Source: Lingula anatina (Eukaryota > Animalia > Brachiopoda). From it: a stretch of 64,000 bases of DNA. This document shows, in pieces, positions 38,743-54,175 of the stretch. The DNA lies in the NCBI GenBank assembly GCA_051362555.1, contig CM120641.1, positions 35,036,401 to 35,100,400 on the forward strand. Direction: 5' to 3'. The notes beneath the pieces were generated by a model. That model made no database searches. It worked only from the letters and a program-made list of their open reading frames with translations, and had not been told where the DNA came from. A program made the translations under genes and the position numbers. The stretch's first letter is position 1, and each line of letters begins with the position of its first letter.

Positions 38743-40479
38743 ATGGCAGACGAGGTTGGTAGTATATTCTTGCAATTCTTGATTATTTTCTGGTAGTTGA
38801 ACTTAAAAGTGGTTTCAAAACGTAGAGTTTCTATTTAATATTTTGATAGCATTCAGTAAAACTGCCTCTTATATGCTGTACTGGATTAAGAACCAAATCA
38901 CGCAGAGTTGCAAAATGAACTAAATTCTTTTCTCTAGCAATTTAAAATACACTTTAGCCTGTAGTAGATAAAATATAATATTACTGTTAGTTTTATTAAT
39001 TTTTTTCAGGAGCCTGAGGTTTTTGAGATTACAGATTTTACAACAGCATCTGAATGGGAGAGGTGAATAGAAAAATTACACTAATGAATCGATATTTTTT
39101 CCTTCAATTTTCAATTTACTGTATGTGTAATTTAGCAAACGTCACCCTAACAAAAATTCATAAGTGATGACATGAAATATCTGTAATAAAGGATGTATTT
39201 TACTGTATTTTTACAGCTCGATATTTTCATCCTTCAGGTTTATTGCAAGAATAGAAGAACTTATTCATGAATGGAAATTAACAAGTCCAGTTTCACTCTC
39301 TCCTTTAAAGAAGGTCAGTCTTTTACCCATTCAAAAGATTTATAGAAAATGCAATGTACTTGCAGAGGTACTCATACACAGTCTTTGCCCTACTTATAAC
39401 CAAATCCATGTATATACTACAATCCTATGGAATTAAGTTTCAAATTACCGAAATCAACTTTATTATATATATCATACATTATATCTTGGCTGAATATCAA
39501 CAGGTGTTCTTTATAATGTCTTAACAACTTCTAGATATTGAATTTGAAAAGACAATAATTGAAAGAAAAGTCGATAAAAATATACCATTGAGGTACACAT
39601 ACAAGAAGTAGGTTGTTGCATAACTGTGAGAGGCTGCCAATATCCACATATCTATTTCCGATTCCAAAGTAGCACAGAAGATCATTTCTGTATTATGGCA
39701 AGCATTAAATAAATTTAGATTCATTGCTTATAGATATTTAAGGTATGAAAAATTAACATCGGAAAACATTTATCATGCTAAGACAGTCCATTACCACAAG
39801 TAATTGGACTCAAATATCCTGGAATGTCCCTTTTGATGTTTATCTCCATTACAAGACTTTTATGGCTATGTATTACCATATGTTTATTATATTGAATTAA
39901 TTATTAAAATAATAAAAAATTTATGCAAATTGAATACAAATGAAAATATGAATTTGTGCAGAGCTTGCTAAAACTTCATGGAAAATGCCTACATTTCCTA
40001 ATCTCAATAACATCTTATTTCAAATCTTGTATTATTTTTTTCACTTGTAGGGAGAGTACAGCAGCGGCACTTGGGAAGATACAACAGATACATTGAAATT
40101 TGCAGATTTTCCATTTACTATAGTGAGGCACTGTCTCAAACAGGCACCTAATGGCCCAGATACAGAGGAAGGTGCCACAGCTATGGTGGAGGAGGATGAA
40201 AGTAAGTATGTTGTAGAATGAAAGTAACTTTAGGAAAGGAGGATGAAAGAAAGTATGATGGAGTATGAAAACATTTGTGGCCAAAGAAGGTAAAGGCACA
40301 AAAGCATATATAATTAAGGCAGGCCAGTGGATTTTAAGATAAAATTAAGAGGCAATTTTAAGATAAAATAAGAAGTAAGTCAGGATTGTGAATTCATAAT
40401 ACCTGCATAAATGGACTGTTCTGGAATGGGCCCAGGTTGATCATTTAGTTAATGTAAACAGGGTGTTAGTGCGTGCACG

Positions 40480-40534
<55 letters not shown>

Positions 40535-43500
40535 CTTGTGGCTTGTATTTTTGCGTTTAATGTATATGAGGATGATATTATTTTTGATATCCTATGTTTT
40601 GTTATTGTAGATGCAATACCTCAGCCCCTGCAGGATATACTTAGCATGGAGAATGATTTCCCAAGTAGAGCACATTGTCTGAGTAGATGGTACGTGTACA
40701 CAGTACATGCAGCAATGTGCCTGTGAATAGAATGATGTTCATGTCAACTCTATTTGTGTTTATCTTGTAATTCCCCAATACAGCCAAGGGATTAAGTATA
40801 TTCAATTTGGCATCATTCTCTTGTATGTCTTATATTTTCATAAGTTAATAAAATGTAACAGCTACATTGTATGAAATTACTTTTTGGGAATGTGAAAATG
40901 CATACAGAAGTGGGTGAAAGGACTAAAGGTAAGTCTTTGATCACAAGATCAATGCGCAAGGTGTGCAGACAGGCTCCAAATGCAGTTTCTTATCATTTTT
41001 ACCGGCTGTCAAAGTATTAATATTCTTTGGTGGATAAATGTCTCACTTTATGACACACTGATTCTAGAAGTGACACTTACTATTAGATGCTCAGTTGATA
41101 CATAATGAATTGTATTTTCTAGGTATGGCATACGTGACTTTGTGGTTATTTCTCCTGGGGCTACTTCTGAAGCCGTTACAAGTGAAACTAGGATCAATAT
41201 TCTCATGAGCTCTATTGCTATTGCTGTGAATAACACTGGATGGTAAGTTTTATTTATTTGTTTATGTGCTTAGTTGACTTTTAAACTTTTATAACTCAGT
41301 AAATTGATGATTTTTATAAGACCAAGAATTTTATTTTTATCATGATGTTTATCAGATTTTATGCTTTAGATCAATATGCCACTTGCAAATTAATTTTTTA
41401 AAACCATTTTCAATTGAAGCCAGGTGCCTGTATTTATCCAAGGTCATCAGAAGTGGAGGCGTCTATACTATGGGCTGTGTGAGTTCCCAGGAGTACGGAC
41501 CAGTTTTGACATGGTTCACCTGAAGAGGATCCCGCCACAGTACAATCATCTTTCAGGACTGTTAGATGTATTCAAGGGAAAACTGGTGAGAATGGGGATT
41601 TATTGCTGCATTCACTATGGTGCTAACTTAAACCAGAATTAAACTGAGTAGCATCAAAATTGCCTGAAACCACAATGCAGGCTTTATCTAGTGACATCAA
41701 TAAAGCCAGCTTAAGTTGAGTATTACTTTGATTTTGAACATGCCTAATTTCAGGATCAGTTAAAACTAATGCCATTACTATACCTTTTAGGCATCCCCCA
41801 TCTCCCCTCCTCCTCCAGTCACTGTGTCAGTGAGGTTCACCTATGTGTTACAAGACTGGACACAGTATGCCTGGCCACAGGCACCTCCTGGTAATTATGT
41901 TATTTTTGTCGTAGGATTTGCCATTTGTTGTAAAATGTTTATCAGACTTTTTATCAGGGTAACTGACTATATAGTCTACTTCTTATAAATTAAAAAGAAT
42001 TGACTCTGTTGTTGTGGGGGCCTGGTATTGTTTTGTTTAATGATGAAAATTTGATATTTGGCAGTGCAAACTTGATTGTTTAGAACAGGAAATTCATGTT
42101 CTTATGTTTTTGATAGTCATATTTGTGCTACATATTTTATTTCAGACATTGAATCTGTCACAGAAGATGAGATTGGGTGTACAGACTTTGAGACATTGCC
42201 ATTTGGAGCTTGTGAGGACCCAGTCAGGTATCTTTCATTTAGAAATTGGGTAAAAAAAAAATGGAGTTTACTTTTTCCAAAGTATTGTTGTGAAATTTTA
42301 TTTATAATCAATTTGTAGAACAGCATCATTTCTATGACCTTGTTGGAAATTCAGTTAAATCAGCGGATTTTTTTTCTTTATCATTTTCACTAAACAAGAC
42401 TTATCCTTTCAGATTAGGAAATGTTTTTCATTACATTTTGTCATTGTTTTGTCAAACATGGTTAAATATTGTACCATTAGCATAGGCACTGGCAGTACTC
42501 ATGGTTTTAGTCCCAACCATATATACTTAAAAACTTTTTGAAAAATGTTCCATTCAATTTCAGTGAATTGCATCTTTCTACAACATGGCCAAATTTGTCT
42601 GAAGAAATGATTGTAGACAATGATACATACACGTAAGTATAGATCTTGTCTTTTGTTGTGTAATGGATGTCATAGATGTTTTATTCCAAAATCAGTGCAA
42701 GGTGTGTGTGTGTGTGTGTGTGTGCACGTGCATGCACGCATGTGTGTTTGTGTAACACTAAGAATTGGTCTGTAGTGATGATTTTCTTTGTTTTGTTCCA
42801 GGGACCTTGACCCACTCCAAGCTCCACAGTGGTCTGTGAGGGTGCAGATGTCAGAGGATGTTCTCTGTCTACTTGGTAATATAGGTCTCCTTTGTATGTG
42901 CTTACAGGCATGCTTGTTTGATATTAAGAACATATATGACCATGTGTGACATTTCTAATGCTGTAGGAAAGTGACTTCTTTGGATAACCTATAGAAAGTC
43001 TTTCATAGATTATAAAATTTTTCATTAAAATTTACTCTAATGTATTTTCGCTTTTGTTATCTTATGGTAATGATATTCTGTTTATATTTTTGGGGTATTC
43101 TTATTTTATTGTTACAGGTGATTATCTTGATGAATTTATAGCTGTATGCTACAGAAAGGAGTCAACTGACCAGTTGTTGGGAAGGCATACGTTTCAAGAG
43201 GAGGAAAAAGGTTAGTGTTAGTCTTTCAGATCTTGACCCCAACTTTGGCAAGGTATAGTGCTAACAATCAGAACGTGAAAAAAGCTTTTGAACAAAACAG
43301 TCAGTTTGTGGAATGAAGAGAGAAGACTTTGTCACAAGCTTTTGTGCTCCCATTTTTGTCAGCAGCATCAATTCAATACTGGCAAAAAGTTTGAAATATT
43401 AAGAGTAAAATCTTTATATCCTGGATACTTTTTTCAAAGAGTTAGGCACCTTTTTCTTTCAATCAAAATCATCAGCATTCCATATTTAAGATATTGCAAT

Positions 43501-46500
43501 TTCTGTGAAGGCACAACAACATTCTTCCTAAAAAATTTTAAAAATCCACAGTAAGCTACAATCTTTCTTTCATCTCCTGTGTATTGCCACCATTGGTATT
43601 TCAGATAATGCAGATGTCAGTAAAGCTCTGCAGAGATTAACAGAACCAACAGTAAGCTATAACCTTCCCTCTATCTCCAATGTTATGACCAGTGCATCAT
43701 CCAAGATGAAGATGAAGGCAGAAGATGCACCAATCCCAGAACCCCTGTTGAATAAATTATTGCAGGTTAGGACTTAGCTGAATGAAAAATTAGCATTGTG
43801 TTGTAGAATTATCAACTGTTTACAGTGTAGTGAGTTCACTCAAGCTGATGCTGAGATTGATGTTTATCACTAAAAGAGTAACTAATAAATGTCAGTTTGC
43901 GTTTTAGGTCAATTTTGTGCTATTTTTCTGTGATTCTCTCATATTAAGTTCCCTACCAGTTTAATGGGACTGAAAGTCATTAAATTCTTAATTTCAGTTT
44001 CTATTTCCTGATTCTGTCAATGAGGATAAAACGGAGCAAACTTCCACCATTGGATCCTCCAAATCAGAAACTTCAGATGTCACAAAGGTATGAGTGCATC
44101 ATGACTGGAAAAATTAGAATAGATGAACATCTTTCTTTGAAAGCATTATGCCTATTTTTAATAATCTTTTGGGTGGCAATTGTCCTAACCAAGGCCATAG
44201 AACGCAGTTTTATTTAACTGGGATGCATCTTACCATCTAGCTACATCAAACTACTTTCTAGGAATCTAGTAGTCCATTCATAGGCCGTCACACAAACCAG
44301 CCCATCATTTACCGAAATTTTTGTAAGCTGCCTAGCCATCTTTGATAATATATCTTTTGAGGCCACTGGCAGTCCCAATGATTGCTGGACAGCTCTCTGG
44401 GGAAGGCTTTGGTCTTAACTCTAATTGTTAAAGATAGGAGACTTTATTTTTATTACGTTTCAGGATCTCGGACGACAGTTGAAGTCAGCTCCTGTGGACA
44501 GCCTGACTCACAAACTGGCTATTTGTTGCTGTATACTGAACCACAGTGGTGGCGGCCTGAGAGCTCTGGCCCATCTGTGGCAGGAGTTTGTACTGGAGAT
44601 GAGATATAGATGGGAAAATGACTACTACATTATAGGGTGAGTGTATGGTTCTAAAGTTCTAAATAGGCGAGAAAATGTTTTTAAAGATAGTAAAAAAGGA
44701 AAGGTCAAATTTTTTTGCAAAAACTTTTGATTTTCTTTTATGAGATAAATATCTTCGTAGCAATTTGTTTGTGTGCCATGAAATTGACTAAAGGTAGGCA
44801 CACAGGAAAACGACTATATTACAAAAAATAAATAAAAACAAATTGCCTGGTTTGCATCTTTATTTTACCTACGATGTTATTAAAAGCTCTGTAATTTCTC
44901 AAACCATTGATTCTTTTCAGTTTAGAAAAAGGTTCACCTAATCTAGGGACAAGTTTACTTCATCAGAAGTTACAGGTAATAATGCATAAATTAATTAATG
45001 CACTGCAAATTTCTTTCTAATGAAACGACCAAGTTCAAGACACAAGAATTGTGTTATTGCCTGATGTAAAGATAAAAAAAATCTCAGATCCCATCCTTGT
45101 CCCCATAACTGTAGTTGTAACATGCTTAATTGTATATTGCATAAGGTTTTAGTTTATCGGCTGAGCCTTTGCCCACTGATAAGATTCAACATACTTTAGG
45201 CTCAGGTGTATTTTTTTATGAAGTTTGAAAAAAATTTTTTTGAGCACTTGCATTAAATGCAGCAAATTTAAGTACAGGTGAAACTCAACTTCGTCTTACT
45301 TTCCAGATGTTGAACTGTTGTATTGATAGGAAGAAAACGAGGTCTGCACTTGGTCTGGAGGTAAAACATACCTCTATATCAGACAACATTGAACAGTTAG
45401 GTAAGCAAGTTAAGTCTTCGGTACAGGACACGAAGGGTAAAAACTTTGAGAAAGACACTGGAAAAGATGCAGCAAAGGAGAAAGAGGGGGAAGATGATGA
45501 CGACGATGATGATGATGAATTTTATGAGTGCCAAGAATCTATGAGTCAGGTATCTTTAGCTAAAAAGACATCTGTGGCTGATTCAAGTGACAGTACGTCT
45601 TTGCTAGGAGAAGACTGTGATAATGAAGAGGCTATCAGCCTTGCCTCAGATCTCAGTGGGTCCACAGATGTCAGGTATGAGGACTCGGTGACATTGCAGC
45701 CAGAGGGGCGTCTCAGGCCGTGCGGGGAGTTGAAATTGTTGAGAAGGGACGAGATTCTCTACATTCCCATCACACAGGAACCTGCTCCCATGACTGAGGA
45801 CATGCTGGCAGAGCATGCTGAAGTGCTAGCCAAGTAAGTGGATGCAAATAAGTGGCCTTCACAAACAAAGATCTATCAAGGATGCACACATTTACAACAT
45901 TGTACAGTGGTTGGATGTTTGTTTCTTCATTGCTATTTTGAAATTTTGCTTTTATATAATGTGTTTGTTGCACATGTATGATGTTAGGAGTGGTAGAAAG
46001 AAATTTTTAATCAGCATTGCATTCTGTGTTTCAGTCTGGGGTCATCAGTAGAAGGCACACATCTGAGGGCAAGGATGCAAAGTGCTTGTCTGTTGTCAGA
46101 TATGGAGGCTTTCAAGGTAACTTAGTTAACTGGGATGTGGAAAATTGCACGAGGTCTAGAGTCCAGTGTGTTTTTTTAATGAACATAAAATGGATAATGA
46201 CAAGTTTTTTTTTAATTGTTTTTGTACAAAATGTTTCAACATGGGTAGAATTTATTTAATTTGAAAAAAATTGACATCTATGAAATGTTGCAAAATTAAG
46301 TTTATTTATGAAATATTGCAAAAGTAATAAATATAGATGAAATATATGAAATATTCCAAAAGGAAATGAGAGTTGTTTTTTTTTTTTTTTTTAATCTACT
46401 GCTGTACTCAAAGTGTTACCAGTATTTACTGTTGTTTTTGAGGCTGCCAACCCTGGTTGTATCCTAGAGGATTTTGTTCGCTGGTACTCCCCTAGGGACT

Positions 46501-48734
46501 ATATAGAAGAGGAGGATGCAGACCAGGATTCACAAGGAGAAAAGAAAGGTAAAGAACTTTATATCTACGTATTGGGCGATTTAATAACACGCAAACCTGG
46601 GCTTGCTGTGGTTACTCTTTATGTCACTGAAAGTCATTTGTTTCACTATAATGTTAATTAAATTTGGAACTAGTGTACATGATTTAACAGACTAGTGAGG
46701 TGGATTCGTTATCTTTATTATCATCTTCAATTTATTAAATCTTTAAGCCCTACAGCTCATCAGAATGATATACAGTATAATTATCATCTTATTATTTTTG
46801 AATAGCTGGCTTCAATTCTGTAACACTTGATATGGTATATATATTGATAGTAAGAAGTTTTTTGCTCAGGTCAACTGAGTCAGAGGATGCAGATCCCTGG
46901 TAACATGTGGGTTGAAGTCTGGCATAATGCGAAGCCAGTACCAGTCAGGAGACAGAAGAGACTCTTTGATGATACTAAGGAGGCAGAAAAGGTAGTTTTT
47001 ATTGTCAGATAATTATATTCATGCACTGGCAGTAGGTTAATTTTTTTAATTCAGATTAGTAAGGAGTGTGTGTCAATTGTGAGTACTATGTATTTGATTT
47101 AACTTAAATATTTGAATACATTCAAGTAAAATAGCCTATTTTTATAAAATGGACTGAGTGTCAAACAGAATTGTCATGTTACAACCCCCTTGTTTGTATG
47201 GTATGGATTTGTTAAAATATTTCATTAAAAATATATGTGTTTATTTAAGAATTTTAGATGAGAGAGATATAATATGATGACAGCCTTGTCCTGTTGGCGT
47301 GGTAAAATGATTTTTTTTTTAGGTTCTCCACTTCTTAGCCTCCCTGAAACCAGGTCAGCTTGCCCTTCATTTGATGCCAATGCTTATTCATGGTGCTATT
47401 ATCAAACTACAGGAAAACAGTAAGTATCTACAAGTACATTTACCTATATTATCATTTGGCTCAAAATATGTAGAAAAAAAATTAAATGAAAATGAGTACT
47501 TCAGTTGAGTTTTGTGAATTTTTAGTTGAAATAGTATCATTATTTCATTATGCATGTTAGCAAAATGTTTCTTTTGATTAAATTCCAAATTCATATTGAT
47601 AGCAAATTGCCTTCTCACTGTTTACTAAATTTTATCATGCAAATGTATACATTCTTACAGATGATTCCAGTATACCCAGCTTAAACACATTACTTCAACA
47701 GATCCAGACCAAAAGCAGTAAAGTAACCAGAGCCCCAGATCAGGATGTCAAAAAATACGAGGTGGGCACTATATTTGGATCTGTAATACTTGTCAACCCT
47801 CTTTGTGTAAGCTAGATAAAACAAATTAATGACTATACATTCACTGACATTGTTTGATCCAGGGACAAGAATTAAGAGCTCATTTCTTCTTTAATTACTA
47901 CTTTCATCATCATCATATCCCCCACACAGGATCTCCTAAACCAGCTGAGGCTAGCAGAACTGGTCATAGCTAGGGGCAGGTCTCTGAGGAATAAGTTCCA
48001 GTGGGAGACAGAGGACAAGGCACACCAGGGCCACATAGAGGAGTTTGCCTCCAAATTACTGGAACAGCCAGAGGTTGAGGTGGCGGGAGGGGCCAGGGGC
48101 CCAGCAGGGGCCATCATACATAAATTGTTTGCCGAAGCACAGAAGGTGGGTGAAAGCTGGGACATTGATAGAATCTTTGACAGAGAGTTTGTTGATAGAG
48201 GCTTGGATTAGGAAATCATTTGGATTGAATGAAAAATGGTTCATTTCCAAATTGAAAAAGTGTAAAATACTTCCAGTATGTAGTGTGTGCAAGGAAAACC
48301 TCAATATCTTGAGTGTGGAAAGAGAAAGTCTCTTGCCTAACTTTAAATTGGTGATATTTGGTAATGAGACAAAAGTAGTTTGATCAATGCTCCATCTACA
48401 CTGGTCATGATTCCTTTTGGTACATGGATACTCCCTTTTTATTGACAATGTGCAATGTGCAATATGATAACATTATTTGTGCTAACGTCAATGCATGTCT
48501 TCTGTTTTTCAGAGTGCAAACATGATGGTGAATGGCATGCCTGTGTCTCCCGAGGACAACATCAAGAATGGGTCGGACTTTCCTAGGCCTGCAGGCAGGG
48601 AGTACATCCTTAGGACAGTTGTACCACGACCAGCCCCTTACTCCAGGCCCTCAGCACAGAGGATGTTCTGTGTCCTGTTAAGAGACGAGTTCAGACTGGC
48701 AGGTGCTTTCTCCTCTGATACAACATTTACTTAA
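38743..48734 (+). CDS. RAB3GAP1: Rab3 GTPase-activating protein catalytic subunit
   Basis: About 24 GT-AG exons, from MADE|EPEVFEITDFTTASEWER|FIARIEELIHEW through YIPITQEPAPMTEDML, SDMEAFK|AANPGCILEDFVRWYSPRDY and RRQKRLFDDTKEAEK to FRLAGAFSSDTTFT* (TAA ends at 48734). Confidence 0.96.
40468..40532. repeat. (GC)n(CA)n alternating purine-pyrimidine microsatellite
   Basis: gtgcgtgcacgcgcgcgcgc followed by a long (ac)n run. Confidence 0.9.
42702..42724. repeat. (TG)n microsatellite
   Basis: gt dinucleotide run. Confidence 0.9.
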
Positions 48735-51700
48735 AATTATCACATTGACTGTACTTGCAGCATGCATGCCTTGGGGGGGGGGGGATTCTAATCAGAAGCT
48801 TATGAGCAATTCTGCATGTTTTTTATGAATTCAAGATGTCATACAGACACACAGATGCATTGGTTTTATGTTTTATAATTTGTAATGTACATTGTATTGT
48901 ATTGAATTATAATGTATAAAATGGGCATTTTCAAATGTTAGCAATGATTTTTTTATTATCTGTGCTCATTCTAGATCTGTGTCTGTAAAACTGTAACATC
49001 AAAATCATGTGATTGAAAGATTCTGTAAAATAAGAAAAAAAAAAGGGAAATTAGATCATCTTTATGTGAAATTCACTCCATAAATTAAGTATACACCACC
49101 ATTTTGCTGTCTACCAGTCTTGTATTTGTGAAGCTCTAAGTGTTGAGAGTTAGTTGCTTAAACGTTTTTCCTTTTCAGGTTTCAGAGAGACTTTATTTGA
49201 GGTATTTGGGCAACTTACAATCAAGTCTTGTTTAAACTGATATCCTTGATCTTAAAACTACACAATGAAAAAAGCTTCTCCAGCCTATTTCATGTTATTG
49301 ACTCTTATGGACTTGCAATCTTAAAGATGAAATTTGCTCTTCAAGTACATTTACCCAAAGCAAAATGAGAAGTGATAACCAATAATATCCTCATCATCAT
49401 CATCATCATCAGCTGTGCTTTTGATGTTCAATCATATAAGGCTACTTGTATAACATAGTGTTCAAATACAACAAAAATTGTTTATCATTGATCATGTGTA
49501 CTTCATTCGTTATAGGCAGACTGCTTTTGAAACACTTAAAGAGCATTATTCACCAAAAAAGTAGATCTACATACTTTAAAGGGATAATAACTTTTCATAT
49601 GAGATCTATATTTCACAATAAAAACATTGTTAATAACTCATAGAAACATAATATATTCTGTTTTACCACAAGAAAGGCAGTTATAGCTATTATACTGATA
49701 TCTGAGCTTGTCTTTAGACCACATGACCTCCATTGATGGCTATACTCTCTTAAAATCTCTTAAGAGATTTTAACAAAAAACCAAACTTTTTAGGAAAAAA
49801 CCAGGGACCAACTTTGAATGTAAAAATGGATTCATTAACCATTGGTCAGTATGGGAAAATTGTTGTTTACTCCAGGAAAATTCATTTTTGGCAGAAATGA
49901 AGAGTTATTATCCCTTTAATATAGACTGCAACTTTTTTGACATTTCATTGTGTAGTAAGCATTCATATGATGAAACCATTAACTTAAAGGTTTTGTCACC
50001 TACTAATGTTGAGTTGATAACTCATTTTTCATTTCTCGAAAAAAAGATAAAAGTTATGTTTAAACATGCAAAACCTTAATTTTCTTAGCTGATAAAACAT
50101 GTTTCTTTTGCAACAGGTCAATTACAAGATTAAATGATTCTTAGGATTGAAATAAGGCTCAAATTGGTAAACCAGCTTGATTGGATCATTTTTTTAAAAT
50201 CAAATTTATCCAGTTTTTTCTTATTCTGAGTTTTTCAATGTGTTAATTTAAACTCTCAAGGGCCTGAAGCCTTATGCTGATTACATATTCTTGATATCCA
50301 TGTTACCTGTGGTGTATTATTAAAATTTGGTGTTTTGTTTAGCATAGTGTTATTGCATCAAAATTGACAAAATAGCACATTTTGTTCATTATTGTCTTTT
50401 GTGTGTACATTTGACAGCATTGCTGTGTAATTTAGTATTTACCCCAGAAAGTATAATTCTCCAAGATATGAAATTCTAAATTACATTCCTTTTGAAGATA
50501 TTGGTAAAATAGCTCTGCCCATTTTATTAAAATGGCACTTCTGAAAGAGAAAATTTTTTCTGTTTGTCGTAGTAAAGTATAAATTTTTTGGTTGAGAGCA
50601 TGGCCTCTTTATTAGCATATTCAACTTTTTTAAAATCACAATGTTTGACAACTGCTGAACAAAAGCACCTCAAAACTAAACCTTGTAGAAAAGTGATCTC
50701 CGCAACTTAAAAAGTGTAACATTTCCTTTTTTATTCAAAAATGAATTAAACCTACATAATTTTTCTGGAATTTTTTCCATCTTTCAATGTTGTAATCAAA
50801 GTGCAAGTGCTATAATTTTCCTACACAAATACATAATTACATAAAGAACTTTTCTTGAATTTGTTAAACAATTTAAACAGTCCTAATAAAGAATCTGGGG
50901 TTAATTCAATCCTTACCCATCCATCATAAGGTCTTGTAACCAATGAAAATTTTCTTTCTTTTCCAATGTTTTCCAATCCTCAATAAAAAATAATCATTAT
51001 GCAACCACATACTATACACAATTAACAGTGATATATTTGCATTTAAAAGTGAGATCTAAAAATTCAATGGATTATTTCTTATGTTAACTACAGGTAAACA
51101 GAAATCAATATGTAACATTTACTTGAATATAGCATAGTGCACATCACTTTAAAAGTATTATATAATAATTCACTTTATTTACTTTATAATAGGATATACA
51201 TCATATCCTACAGTGTTAGAATTTCTACCCCGTATCTTATAATTTTAAATGCATTTTAAACACCTCCCCTTTTTGCAGTATGTCTGTATGAGCAGATTCA
51301 TAATCATTATAGTCTGGTTTCAACCTTCACAAGTTATGCCATGTCTTTAATAGTTGCTTTATTTACAAACTGCATAGAAATGTCTGCCTAAGTTGACTTG
51401 GACCACCTTATAGCACACAATTAATTAATTAATAAGCAAGTCGGGTTTGAATTAGACATTTGCTGTCTAGTACTGATATATCTTTACACTTTTCTGTTCC
51501 ACTAAAGATGGGGAAAAATGCACTCTTTTACAATTTATTTGATACACGTTAAAGCTGTTTCCACAAACAAAAGCTTCAGAATCTCTCAAACTTTGGCAGA
51601 TGTCTTAAGTTGCCAATAATCTAAAAATCAGTAACACAGTTACTATATTTATCTTACACAAGACACCCGTAGGTGTATATATATGTATAATACAATTTTT

Positions 51701-54175
51701 CAGATAGTTCACACCCTAAAACCCATATAATAATGACTTCTAAGAGCAATTGCCCATATACTGAAGTGTTCAAGGATTGGTTTTAATAATCAAAGCTATA
51801 TCATTTAAAATAGCAATGTAATTGTTATATATAATAATAATCGTTGCTTATTTACAGTGTTCAAAAATGTTTAACCACTCTTATTTCATCATTTATACCC
51901 AAATTATCTTACTAAAATGTGTGCCAATAAACTAATCAATATCTTTATCATTACAGCAAGGATAACAGTTAAATGCATGCTGTTCAAATAAAAACAGTGC
52001 TATAAAAATAAACAAAACATTTACTACAAGCTCCAGGGTTTGCCTATAAATAACACAATAATAATAAAAATTTCAAGAATTTTAATACAAAACTGCAAGT
52101 GAATTGTACATGTTAATTAGGTTTGCTTTCCTAGTCTGAAATAATTATGAAATTAGGAAGAAAATATTGGGAAAAATCTCAAGATGTCATCCCATACAAA
52201 TTATTTGTGAAGACGGAGAGATATTATTTCCATTACATTCTTCACCTTTGTGTCTGATCTGTAAAAAAAACTAGCAACAATTTTATGTGCTGGGGAAAAT
52301 AGTGTCATCTGAATATTACTGCATAAGCCCTCCCTAGATGAAGTAAAGATATATGTGTACAACCTCATAGAGGGCAGTCCTTTTGTTTTTACCACAAGCC
52401 AAATAACAGGTCTGCACAGACAGCAACTACAGTAATACATAGACTAAAAGCTGGTGTGAATGCAGAAACACCTAGCAAACGTCCAAACCAATTACAAGAA
52501 ATATTTCAGTTAATAAAGAATGCAAAATCTCTGCCTTATGCTGCATTGATAATTGCCCTTTTTATTACTTTTAAACCGTGTTGTGAAATAGTGTTAAATC
52601 CCCTGAGCTTGAAACAAGACCCTGAACCAGGTGAAGCAAAGACGGAAACTGCACCATACTGCTGAAAGTATTGCACAGACAAGAGACAAACCACTAAAAA
52701 AAGTATAATAATAGGAATCAAAAAATGGTAAGAAAATACCAGAGCTACCTTGTATTAATGAACATCACAATTGTGCTGGACTTCACTGTTCACGATCGCA
52801 TTTGCCAAGCTTAAGAGCCAAGAAATGGCACTTCACAGCTGGACTTTCACAAGTCGAGATCAACTTTACAAATAAGAACTGAATACTGAGTAAAAGACGG
52901 CATAATCCACCCTGTTGTCACTTTTTTCCCCCTTTTAAGAAAGAAGATAAGTTAATTGCAAAAGCATGCACAGTGTATATAACATCAGTGAAGAACCTAA
53001 TCCTGTGCTGTAAGCAATGCAATATTCTTGATGTCATTTAAAGTAAATCAGTATCTTCTTTCATCCTCATTTTTTGGGCAAAGAAAATGAAAAAGAAACT
53101 TCCTTAGATACCGTTTGAATGTCTGAATAATACAAACTCATAACCCAATTTAAGACCTCAAAGCCCTCTAAGACTGATATTCTATAACAAATGAAAGTGA
53201 ATTAGCACAAAAACTGAAGCATATTACACTGCACATAACAGTGATACAGTAATAAATCATCGCACATTTAATATAATTACTCAAATATTTGATGTTTATC
53301 TTCATGTTCTGATGAATTACATTTGGTGATTCAGAGCTGGCTTCATCCCTAATAACTATATACATATAAATCTCAACTACAAGTATTTGCTGCATTTCAA
53401 GTGATGTAAATAAAAAGAATACATGGGTTACATTTTTTTTTTTTTTTTTGAAAGAGTACAAAGTCCTGATCTATGAGTACAAGTTCACTTATTTTTTTTA
53501 GCACACTTCACAACATCCTCATTACTTGTTGTGTTACCAACCTATGGCAATATTTGATATGATTTGAAACACATACTGCTATTGGAAATGCAGTCTCGAG
53601 GCAGACAGACATGGATATTGGGAACTTGATTCTAATCATATTACTTGATATGCAGGCAAGTTTGGTTCATCTTGAGTAAATCAAAATGTCTCGGTTTTCA
53701 TGAGGATTTTGTGAAACAAGCCACTTTATTTCACTACCAGAGAGCCATAACGCTTTTCTTGCTATGTTATTAAAGGAAAAAAAGGATTTTTTTATTGCAG
53801 GTATGGTGGTGTGTTCATTTTTCTTTATTAATATAATGTAATAATATTATATTAACAAAATTAAATATATTGCGATGAAAATATCACTGCAAAAAAGTCC
53901 ATGTACTCTGTACTCTAGGCATTTTTTGTTATGCTTAAATACATAAAATACCAAAATTGGTAATCATCTTAAAAGAAATAATAAATCCATAACAATGCAC
54001 TAGTAATAATAATAATATTTGTAAAAATAACAACAAGACTATTTATCAGTTTATTCATCAAGTAGCCTTAACTAGTCAAATATTCAATCCCTGGTGTTGA
54101 GGAAGAGCTCCTAATGACTTGCAATATCACAAATATACACATCTTTTAAAACCTGGTACACCCCTTACAAAAGTG

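Noticed and set aside
42228-42563. RAB3GAP1 intron starting GTATCTTT as a second U12 intron
   Set aside because: The donor deviates from GTATCCTT and there is no TCCTTRAY branch motif near the acceptor.
48735-54175. Hidden gene between the convergent RAB3GAP1 and SLC4 stops
   Set aside because: AT-rich sequence with only short random ORFs; best explained as 3' UTRs and intergenic DNA.
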